Positions 26,879 through 34,789 of a DNA stretch of 64,000 bases are shown piece by piece (the first letter of the stretch is position 1; each line of letters opens with the position of its first letter). The translations under genes were made by a program, and so were the position numbers. Origin of the DNA: an uncultured Caldisericota bacterium (GTDB taxonomy: Bacteria; Caldisericota; Caldisericia; Cryosericales; Cryosericaceae); assembly GCA_903871855.1 (NCBI GenBank), contig CAIQIK010000023.1, positions 5,761-69,760 on the forward strand. The letters run 5' to 3'. The notes beneath the pieces were generated by a model. The model ran no database searches and had not been told where the DNA came from. It worked only from the letters and a program-made list of their open reading frames with translations.

Positions 26879-27048
26879 CACGGTGTGACTACCGAGCCAT
26901 TGATGTGCAGAGCGCTCTCGATGAGGTCTGCCAGCCGGTCCAAACTCGCCTGCATCCGGTCCAGCTTGCCTCCGAATATGGTCAGCAGGTATACAGAGAC
27001 GGCGATCGGGAAGCCAATGTTGCTGATTAGCTTGACAAGTTCGTCCAT
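26878..27048 (-). CDS. YvrJ-family small membrane protein (56 aa)
   Basis: ATG 27048 lies 6 nt after AGGAGG. MDELVKLISNIGFPIAVSVYLLTIFGGKLDRMQASLDRLADLI closely resembles my recollection of the YvrJ family (PF12841) core GFPI..S.YLL....GKL. Confidence 0.7.
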   Translation of the reverse strand: MDELVKLISNIGFPIAVSVYLLTIFGGKLDRMQASLDRLADLIESALHINGSVVTP

Positions 27049-27146
27049 GTCGTGCCTCCTTGGCAGGGGGTTGCCCTGCTCTCCTGTTATGGAGGGGCAC
27101 GCACGGTGCACGGGCTTGGGTGTCTTCCGAGGCGGAAGAGACGGTG

Positions 27147-27854
27147 TCAGACGAGCTTCAGGGCGTGGAAAAGAAGCGCATACAGGATGGCGAAGATCAG
27201 GCCGGGAAGGAGGTTGGCCAGCTTGATCTTCTTCAGTCCCAGCAGGTTGATGCCGATGGCCATGACGATGAGGCCGCCCGTGGCGATCAGCTCATTGAGA
27301 ATATAGGGCTGCATCAGGAAGCCCAGCACCGAACCCAGCAGGGTCAGACTTCCCTGGATGATGAATACAGGGATGGCGCTGAACGCCACACCGCTGCCCA
27401 GTGCGGCGGCGAGCGATATGCTGATGACCAGATCGAGGATAGACTTCGTATAGATGAGCGTGCCACCCCCCGTCATCCCTTCCTGGATGGAACCTATGAT
27501 GGTCATGGGGCCGATGCAGTAGATGAGGGTGGCAGTGACAAGTCCCTCTGCCCACAAGCTGCCGGAGGCGACATGAAGCCGCTTCTGGAAGCGGTCGGCC
27601 GCTGCGTTGAGCCGGTCCTCGAGCCGCAAGAGCTCTCCCACAATGACGCCGCTCACGATGGCCATGACCATGATGACGGCATTGCCCGTCTTGAGAGCCA
27701 TGCCGACCCCGATGGAAACCACCGCCAGTCCATTCGCGATGAAGATGGCGGTGCGGGTGTCTTCCTTGAGAGACTTACCGATGAGCATGCCAAGCACACT
27801 GCCGATCACGACTGCAACGGCGTTGACCGTCGCGCCCAGAGGAAACCTGAGCAC
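27147..27854 (-). CDS. DUF554 family membrane protein (YdfK/YqgA-like)
   Basis: ORF 27147..27917. Preferred start is GTG 27854, 4 nt after AGGGGG, because ATG 27917 has no SD. GATVNAVAVVIGSVLGMLIGK... with a polytopic Gly/Ala-rich profile. Confidence 0.7.
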   Translation of the reverse strand: MLRFPLGATVNAVAVVIGSVLGMLIGKSLKEDTRTAIFIANGLAVVSIGVGMALKTGNAVIMVMAIVSGVIVGELLRLEDRLNAAADRFQKRLHVASGSLWAEGLVTATLIYCIGPMTIIGSIQEGMTGGGTLIYTKSILDLVISISLAAALGSGVAFSAIPVFIIQGSLTLLGSVLGFLMQPYILNELIATGGLIVMAIGINLLGLKKIKLANLLPGLIFAILYALLFHALKLV

Positions 27855-27932
27855 AAAACCCCCTGCCGCCCCTTCAGGGGCGGCAGCCAACGTCGCAACG
27901 GCCGAAAGAATACTCATGAACAGATAATGTCG

Positions 27933-28547
27933 CTAGTCCTTAAGCCCCATGATCTCATACATCGAGAGATACGCCTCGGCGTCGCCAAGTTCCTCGATGG
28001 CGGCGATGATGGCATCCTTCGTGCCCGCAGGCAGTGCGCGGAATCCGTCCGTGTCGGTGAGTTCGACACCGGCCATCGAAATGGATACCGTACCGATGTA
28101 ATCGTCGTCCATCAGTTCGCCTGCCAGTACACGAGCCTGATCCCCAGCCGGTACGAACAGGGCCTGACCAAGATAGATGGCCTCGGACTCCTCGTCCTCG
28201 CCATCATCCTCGTCGTCTTCGACTTCCTCGTCTTCGTCATCTGCGGTGCCATCTTCGCCCTTGCAGCAGCAGGACCCGTCTTCGGCGTGTTCGTTGCCTT
28301 CCTTGCAGTGGTCGCCGCTGTTGCACTCGCAGTTGTCGTCGTCGCCACCACAGGAGCACTCTTCATCATCCTCTTCCATCTCATCAGCCCACGGATGGAA
28401 CCCCGAGATGCGAACGGTAGCGCCATCCACGTCACGCTCTACTACGACGCGAGACTGGTCCTCGTCAAGGTGGTAGTGCCACTTTTTGAGGATCTCTTCG
28501 CCTTGCTCAACACTTTCGATATTGTTGATAGCCACCTGGATCAGCAC
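27933..28547 (-). CDS. Hypothetical extremely acidic, Cys-rich protein
   Basis: GTG 28547 lies 7 nt after GGAGG. 204 aa. Folded-looking N- and C-terminal parts flank a D/E-rich core containing CSC..., CEC..., DHC, and SCCC (8 Cys in 36 aa). Confidence 0.6.
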   Translation of the reverse strand: MLIQVAINNIESVEQGEEILKKWHYHLDEDQSRVVVERDVDGATVRISGFHPWADEMEEDDEECSCGGDDDNCECNSGDHCKEGNEHAEDGSCCCKGEDGTADDEDEEVEDDEDDGEDEESEAIYLGQALFVPAGDQARVLAGELMDDDYIGTVSISMAGVELTDTDGFRALPAGTKDAIIAAIEELGDAEAYLSMYEIMGLKD

Positions 28548-28626
28548 GGGGAAACCTCCAATAGAATAGTATGGAATTCATTGTACACGCGTTTGTCTGG
28601 GGCGCAAAAGCCTATACACTTTCATT

Positions 28627-29517
28627 ATGAAGAGTGGATTCGTATCGATTTTCGGCAAGCCCAGCGTCGGGAAGTCGTCACTGATGAACACCATCCTTGG
28701 CACCAAACTGTCTATCGTGTCGCCCAAACAGCAGACTACGTGGTACAACATTCTTGGCGTCCTCAACAAGAAGGATGCCCAGGTCTGTTTCGTCGACACG
28801 CCCGGATATCACAAGGTGAGCAAGAGCAAGCTCAACAAGTACCTTGTGGACACGTCTTTGCAGTCGCTGGAGGACATCGAGGTTGTCTATTTCGTCATCG
28901 ACCAGTCGGCCTATCCTGACGCTGAGTATGAAGAGATGATCGCCATCGTCACGAAGCTCGCCAAGCCCATCTTCCTCGTCGTCAACAAGCTGGACCTGGA
29001 CACCGCCAAGCGCCATGAGATGGTAGCCGCTCCCTTCGTGGAGAAGCTCCATCCGACCGCCGTCTTCCATGTTTCGGCAGCGACGGGCGAAGGCGTCACG
29101 CCGCTGGTGAAGGCGACCATCGATGCAATGCCGGTCGGCGAGCCCTATTTCGACGACAAGACCCTGACATCTCACCCCATCGAGCTCATCGTTGCGGATA
29201 CCGTGCGCGAACAGCTATTCTCCCGTCTGCAGGACGAGCTCCCCTATTCGACGGCCGTCGTCACGGACGACATCTCCGAGTCCGCCAAGGGTATCCGTGC
29301 CATGGTCAGCGTCTATGTCGCCAAGGACTCTCAGAAGGGCATGGTCATCGGCAAGGGCGGTGAGCTCATCGCAACCATCAAGGATGTCGCCCGCAAGAAC
29401 CTTGTCCATTTCCTGGGTGAGCGGGTCGAGCTCGACCTCCGTGTCAAGGTCGAGAAGAACTGGAACCGCAAACTGGTGACCATGAAGCATTTCGGGTTGG
29501 TGGTCAACAAGAAGTAG
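28627..29517 (+). CDS. era: GTPase Era
   Basis: KSGFVSIFGKPSVGKSSLMN (G1), DTPG (G3), NKLD (G4), and a C-terminal KH domain (VIGKGGELIATI). Confidence 0.92.
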   Translation: MKSGFVSIFGKPSVGKSSLMNTILGTKLSIVSPKQQTTWYNILGVLNKKDAQVCFVDTPGYHKVSKSKLNKYLVDTSLQSLEDIEVVYFVIDQSAYPDAEYEEMIAIVTKLAKPIFLVVNKLDLDTAKRHEMVAAPFVEKLHPTAVFHVSAATGEGVTPLVKATIDAMPVGEPYFDDKTLTSHPIELIVADTVREQLFSRLQDELPYSTAVVTDDISESAKGIRAMVSVYVAKDSQKGMVIGKGGELIATIKDVARKNLVHFLGERVELDLRVKVEKNWNRKLVTMKHFGLVVNKK

Positions 29518-29542
29518 CCTGTCCATTCTCTATCAAATGCAC

Positions 29543-29570
29543 AAGCGCCGGGCTCACGCCCAGCGCTTTT
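29543..29570 (+). terminator. Terminator after era
   Basis: AAGCGCCGGGC / GCCCAGCGCTT (11-bp stem with one mismatch), loop TCAC, followed by TT. Confidence 0.55.
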
Positions 29571-29636
29571 CCATACGCCTATCTTCAAGGTGTCGACCCC
29601 TTACCAGAACACCTGAAAAAAACGGCCTGTCTATTA

Positions 29637-31838
29637 CTAGCCGGGGCTGGTGATGATGGCCTCGCCCTCAATAAGGTCTGCAGGCTCCATAACAACGGTC
29701 CCTCCGGTCACGTACTTGACCGTTCCCTTGCGCGCGACCAGTTCCTTGAGTTCCCATGGGAAGTTGAGTTCAATGGCGCTGGCACCTCGGAGGAAATCCG
29801 AGTGCATGCTGAATCGGATCTTGTCGCCTAGACGCTGCATACGCACGGACAGTTCGCCGAATGTAGACTGCAGGCCGTGGGCGTCAATGCCGTCTCCGGC
29901 AAACAGCTCGGGCGTCGGCACCGGCATGATGCTCAGGTAGGTGCCGCGTTCGACGAAGATGAGGCTGGTCAGCAATTCGATAGCGAGCGCCGTAGCGACG
30001 GCGCTGTGTCGCGAGCCGGCAAGAGATCTCCTGGTATGCAGGTCGACGTAGTCGGGGAGAGAGTCGGACACACCAAGCTGCTCGAGACCCTCCTGCATCA
30101 GGCCGTGCTCTCCACCCTCGCGGCGCAGAATCAGAGCTTTGGCATACAGCAGTGACAGACGGATGTCGCCGAGCGACCCGAGGAAGGGGTTCGCGATAAT
30201 GCCGTTATGCAACCAGCGCTCGGCGATCCAGCTCATGCTGCTGGTCAGGACAGCGTCTTCCGTACCGTGTGCGCCGAACAGAGCGTAGGCCGCGACCGGT
30301 GCAATGTCCGCAAACGTCGGTTTGCCGGGACCGACATGGCTGCCGGCGGCATCCGCTTGCTTGAGCAGCCGCAGCTGGAGGTCATCACACAGTCTGAGCC
30401 GTACGTCGTCCTTCTCGGAGAGCATGCTCTGGTAACTCTCGATAGCCTTGCCCAGCACCAGGTGCAGCACAGGGCCGGAACGCTTCAATGGTCCCAGCAG
30501 ACTGATGGCGATAGGTTCTACAGTCGTCTGCGACTGACCGAGCCAGGTGATGAACTGTTCCACAACGGGAAACAGTTGCCTGCGCAGCTGCACCTGGCGC
30601 GCCACCTTCAGATGCCAGCCCAGGGTGATGACGAAGCTCGCGTACGCAAACGCCGCATCCGCCGAGAGAGCGGGTCCTGGGAGTAATTGTGCTGCATAGG
30701 TTCGCAAGAGGCTGGAAGCCGTGTCGACCTGGCCAACTCGGTCGTACGCCTCGACGAGCGCCGGCAAGGCAACGGCATCCACGCCGCCCTCGAACGTTGA
30801 GACAGCGCTGGCTTCCAGAGAAGACAGGTGCAGTAGCTGGTTAGCGGCAAAACGGTTGAGGCGTTCGTCGCCCGTACGATATCCTACGTGCTTCTCCTGC
30901 GTCACGACGAGCCGATGCTCCTGCTCAAGGATCCCGGCGCTCTGCCCAAGAAGGAGCGTGAGCTCCTCCTGTTTGCAGGTGCGGTCCCTGTCGAGGAGGA
31001 AGAAGAACGTGATCTCAGTATCGCCCCCGGGCTCGAGCTGATGATCGAACGCAAGCCGCAGCTGCATGAGCCCCGTCGGCGAAACGACTTCGCCGCCGGC
31101 ATCGGCGTCCACCATGCTCCCAGTTCGGGGGTCGTAGACGGTGACTGTCGTCCTGCTCGGTCGTTCACGAGCAAAGGCGACGCGCTGTCCATTGAGCGTG
31201 ATGAGGTTATCCCGGGAGAAACTGAACCGTTCCAGACTGGTGATGCCCACCTCGTCGAACGGCTTGATGAGAAGGACAAGCGTCACGGCGTGAAACTGGT
31301 CGCTGGTGTTGTGCAGTCGGAACGTCACTTGAACGAAGGACAGGTCCATCAGTCCATGGGGAAACGCACTCCTGGTCACGGCAAGCTCGGATGTCGTCAT
31401 AACGATGCGGTGGATGCCGTCTTCGAAAGAAGCCATCGTCGCCCTCGGATCATACATTGCGGAGGAGCAGACTTCGCGCCCTTCCACCTGCGCCACGTAA
31501 TCGATGGTGGCAGGCACCAACGTCAAGATGAGTGTCCCGCATTCGTCGGCCCGAACGCCCCCTGGGTGACGTGGCAGGCCTAGATGTGTCAGGTGCTCAC
31601 CGGTCAGATTATTCCACGAGGGGATACTCCCGGCATTGCCAGCAAGCTGTACCTGCAGGTAGCGTGGCAGTTCCTCGGGTTTGAACAGTGCCGAGGCCGT
31701 CTGCGTCAGCACTGTTCGCAGGTTCACCTCGGATTCGGCGCGCACCTGTCCCGCGTCACCGATGACCTGCAGTCGGTCTAGCACGTCGCCCGCCGCCTGA
31801 CTGAGAGTGACCGTGCGAACCTGTGTTCTACCCTTCAT
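29637..31838 (-). CDS. Hypothetical 733-aa protein (no family recognised by eye)
   Basis: Long uninterrupted ORF whose ATG lies inside the last codons of pyrG (11-nt overlap). No signal peptide or TM helices. The helix-rich central part could be an alpha/alpha-toroid, but that is a guess. Confidence 0.6.
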   Translation of the reverse strand: MKGRTQVRTVTLSQAAGDVLDRLQVIGDAGQVRAESEVNLRTVLTQTASALFKPEELPRYLQVQLAGNAGSIPSWNNLTGEHLTHLGLPRHPGGVRADECGTLILTLVPATIDYVAQVEGREVCSSAMYDPRATMASFEDGIHRIVMTTSELAVTRSAFPHGLMDLSFVQVTFRLHNTSDQFHAVTLVLLIKPFDEVGITSLERFSFSRDNLITLNGQRVAFARERPSRTTVTVYDPRTGSMVDADAGGEVVSPTGLMQLRLAFDHQLEPGGDTEITFFFLLDRDRTCKQEELTLLLGQSAGILEQEHRLVVTQEKHVGYRTGDERLNRFAANQLLHLSSLEASAVSTFEGGVDAVALPALVEAYDRVGQVDTASSLLRTYAAQLLPGPALSADAAFAYASFVITLGWHLKVARQVQLRRQLFPVVEQFITWLGQSQTTVEPIAISLLGPLKRSGPVLHLVLGKAIESYQSMLSEKDDVRLRLCDDLQLRLLKQADAAGSHVGPGKPTFADIAPVAAYALFGAHGTEDAVLTSSMSWIAERWLHNGIIANPFLGSLGDIRLSLLYAKALILRREGGEHGLMQEGLEQLGVSDSLPDYVDLHTRRSLAGSRHSAVATALAIELLTSLIFVERGTYLSIMPVPTPELFAGDGIDAHGLQSTFGELSVRMQRLGDKIRFSMHSDFLRGASAIELNFPWELKELVARKGTVKYVTGGTVVMEPADLIEGEAIITSPG

Positions 31839-33432
31839 GTGCCAACATGGCCTTCACAAACGCCACGAACAGGGGACCGGGCTGGAGCGGCTTGGACGAG
31901 AGCTCAGGGTGGAACTGGACGCCGACAAAGAACGGATGACCCTTGAGTTCGAGGGACTCGACCAGGTCCTCCTCTGGGTAGACAGCAGCGACGCGCATGC
32001 CATGTTCTTCGAAGGCTGCACGGTAGTCGTTGTTGAACTCGTAACGATGACGATGGCGTTCGGAAAGCGTAGATGTCCCATAGGCCTCTTCCACCTTGCT
32101 CCCCGGTGTGATAGCATTCTCGTAGACGCCGAGCCGCATGGTCCCACCGAGCTTTTGCACGCCCCTCTGCGACGGCATGAGGTAAATGACGAGGTCCTTG
32201 GCCTCCGGCATGAACTCCTGGGAGTTCGCCTCCGCCAAGCCGAGCACATTCCGCGCGAACTCGATGCTGGCAACTTGCATGCCCAAGCAAATGCCCAAGT
32301 AGGGAAGGCTGTGGGTACGTGCGTATCCTGCAGCCAGGATCATGCCTTCGATTCCGCGTTTTCCGAAGCCCCCGGGGACCAGAATGCCATCGTACCTGCC
32401 AGCGTCCAGCAGGCACGTCCCCTGCTTCTCGACGTCTTCGCTGTCAATCAGGTCGATGTGCAGGTCACATCCGGTCGCCCACGCGCCATGGTGAAGCGCT
32501 TCGCGGAGAGACAAGTAGGCATCATTCAGCTGAACGTACTTGCCGACAATGGCCAGCCTGCGCGGCGTCTTCGCCTGGTCGATGGTCCTTGTGAATCGTA
32601 CCCAAGGCGTCTCGGTCTCGGCCGTACGGGGAGCCATGCCGAACGTCGACAGGACAAGGTGGCCAACATGTTGTTCCTGCAGGTAGTTTGGGACCTTGTA
32701 CACCGAGGTCAGGTTCGGCAGCGAGATGACGTGACCCTCGGGAACACCGCAGAACAGGGCCACTTTGCGCTTCTGGTCGGTCGGCAGTTCCTTTACCCCG
32801 CGTGCCACGACCAGTGTGGGCTGGATGCCGATCTTGCGCAGTTCGCCGACGCTGTGCTGGGTGGGCTTGGTTTTGAGCTCGTCCGTCGTCTCGAGATAGG
32901 GAACATATGTCAGGTGAGCAAATATCGAACCCCCAGGATCCTCAGTCCAGAACTCGCGGATGGCTTCAAGAAACGGCAGGCCTTCGATATCGCCGACCGT
33001 TCCGCCGACCTCGACGATCACGAAGTCGGCCTCCGATGCCTCGGCGACCTTCGTGACACGGCTGCGGATCTCGCCCGTAAGGTGTGGGATGATCTGCACG
33101 GTGTGCCCTAGGTACTCGCCCTTGCGCTCTCTTTCAATGACGGACAGGTAAACTTGTCCGCTGGTGACATTGTTCATGCGGTGCAGGTTCTGGTTGAGGA
33201 AGCGCTCGTAGTGTCCCACGTCCAAGTCGGTCTCCGCCCCGTCCTCGGTCACGAAGACCTCACCATGCTCAAACGGGTTCTGCACGCCAGCGTCGACGTT
33301 GAGATACGGGTCCATCTTGAGAATGGTCACGGAGAAACCCTCGTCGAGAAGGATGCGTCCCAGAGAAGCGGAGAAGATCCCTTTGCCCAACGACGACATG
33401 ACGCCGCCGGTAACGAAGATGAATTTGCTCAT
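31828..33432 (-). CDS. pyrG: CTP synthase
   Basis: ORF trimmed to ATG 33432 after GGAGG. MSKFIFVTGGVMSSLGKG, and the glutaminase motif GICLGMQ. 534 aa. Confidence 0.95.
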   Translation of the reverse strand: MSKFIFVTGGVMSSLGKGIFSASLGRILLDEGFSVTILKMDPYLNVDAGVQNPFEHGEVFVTEDGAETDLDVGHYERFLNQNLHRMNNVTSGQVYLSVIERERKGEYLGHTVQIIPHLTGEIRSRVTKVAEASEADFVIVEVGGTVGDIEGLPFLEAIREFWTEDPGGSIFAHLTYVPYLETTDELKTKPTQHSVGELRKIGIQPTLVVARGVKELPTDQKRKVALFCGVPEGHVISLPNLTSVYKVPNYLQEQHVGHLVLSTFGMAPRTAETETPWVRFTRTIDQAKTPRRLAIVGKYVQLNDAYLSLREALHHGAWATGCDLHIDLIDSEDVEKQGTCLLDAGRYDGILVPGGFGKRGIEGMILAAGYARTHSLPYLGICLGMQVASIEFARNVLGLAEANSQEFMPEAKDLVIYLMPSQRGVQKLGGTMRLGVYENAITPGSKVEEAYGTSTLSERHRHRYEFNNDYRAAFEEHGMRVAAVYPEEDLVESLELKGHPFFVGVQFHPELSSKPLQPGPLFVAFVKAMLAHEG

Positions 33433-33733
33433 GCCGCCTCCGCGATTGACTGGGATGTGAAAGTGTGCACCAAGGTCACAGGTGCTCCATATGAACGCTG
33501 CAATTGACGCACCAGCACCTGAGCCGGCGCAGGGTTGGAGGGGACCTGGGAAACCCTTCCCGAGGAGATGCCGACAGTGGCAGCCGGCTCGCACCGGCTC
33601 CAGTGGCGTCTTGACAGCAGTGTCTCGCCGTTCTCTTTCAACCCCATGGTTGCTCCTCATTCATTGTACATACAAACAGCCGGTCGCCAACCGCTGGCCG
33701 GCGTTGTATGCTGCCGATCTGCCCTAAGCAGTG

Positions 33734-34249
33734 CTACTTCTGAGCAGAGAGCACTTTCAGGACCTCGCGCATGAAATCTGGCAAGTCGGCTGGCGACCGC
33801 GACGTGACGAGGTTGCTGTCCACAACAACCACCCGGTCAACCCAGATTGCTCCGGCGTTCGACAGGTCGTCCCTGATGGCGCTGGTGCTGGTAAGCGTGC
33901 GCCCTTTGACGATCCCCGCGCTGATGCCCACCCACCCGGCATGACAAATCATCGCCACCAGCTTGCCCTTGTCATTCATCTCGCTAACCAGAGAAAGCAC
34001 AGCCCTCGTCCGACGCAGGAAGTCCGGTGCATATCCGCCGGGTACGACTACTCCGTCGAACTCACTAGGTGTGACGTCTCCAATAAGCATGTCCGGCGTG
34101 AACGGCACGCCATATTTGCCTTTGTAGACCCGCTTTTCCGTCGCAACGCTGACCGATTCGAATCCTGCTTCCTTGATGCGATAGTAGGGATAGATGAACT
34201 CCTGCTCATTCACCATCTCATCCAGCAGAACAGCAATCTTCTTCGCCAT
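33734..34249 (-). CDS. DJ-1/PfpI family protein
   Basis: ATG 34249 lies 5 nt after AAGGAGG. KIAVLL..., nucleophile elbow AMICHAGW. 171 aa. Confidence 0.85.
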   Translation of the reverse strand: MAKKIAVLLDEMVNEQEFIYPYYRIKEAGFESVSVATEKRVYKGKYGVPFTPDMLIGDVTPSEFDGVVVPGGYAPDFLRRTRAVLSLVSEMNDKGKLVAMICHAGWVGISAGIVKGRTLTSTSAIRDDLSNAGAIWVDRVVVVDSNLVTSRSPADLPDFMREVLKVLSAQK

Positions 34250-34411
34250 ACCGGCCTCCTTTGGCATGCTTGACTTCTGTCAATATTCTAGCCAGGCGGA
34301 GACATAATGAAATGCGGATGTGGGGCGTCGGCCAGCCCACATGAGCGGGTCTTCTGAACCGATTCACGGTGAGAACAGCGCCGTCCGCGTCTTTGCTGCT
34401 ATACTGAGATA

Positions 34412-34789
34412 ATGAAACAACTCGGCGTGGACATAGTGGCCGTAGCGCGCATCCGGACTCTGGGAGAACGGTATGGAGAACGCTTTCTGAACCGCGTCTA
34501 CTCCGCTTCCGAACTCTCGACATGTGACCGCCCGGACCGCTGGCAGTGTCTGGCAGGCCGCTGGGCCGCCAAAGAGGCCGTCATCAAGTTGCTGCCTCTC
34601 ACGGATCTTCCGACGCTGCGCGAAGTCGAGATCGCTCCAGGCGTGGAAGGCGCACCGATTGCCGTCATCCGCGGGATACCCTGGTTCAACTGTTCCCTCA
34701 GCATCAGCCACGAACGCGAATACGCGATTGCCGTGGCCATGGTGACCCTGGGAGAATACGGGAGCATGTATGAGAGTGGCAATTCGTAG
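34412..34789 (+). CDS. acpS: Holo-[acyl-carrier-protein] synthase
   Basis: GVDIVAVARI...RWAAKEAVIK...ISHEREYAIAVA. Confidence 0.9.
   Translation: MKQLGVDIVAVARIRTLGERYGERFLNRVYSASELSTCDRPDRWQCLAGRWAAKEAVIKLLPLTDLPTLREVEIAPGVEGAPIAVIRGIPWFNCSLSISHEREYAIAVAMVTLGEYGSMYESGNS

Noticed and set aside
27060-28919. 619-aa plus-strand ORF, the longest unexplained ORF in the track
   Set aside because: It runs antisense across three well-supported minus-strand genes (YvrJ-like, DUF554, acidic protein) and into era. It has low-complexity composition, no SD and no recognisable motif. This is a typical GC-rich shadow ORF.
31807-33111. 434-aa plus-strand ORF
   Set aside because: Antisense to pyrG, whose identity is unambiguous. 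Shadow ORF.
33433-33733. 300-nt region upstream of pyrG considered as a CTP-sensing attenuator, as in Bacillus pyrG
   Set aside because: I found small hairpins (for example GGGAA/TTCCC at about 33551-33564 by my reading) but no convincing terminator/antiterminator pair or GGGC-type initiation context. This cannot be supported by eye.
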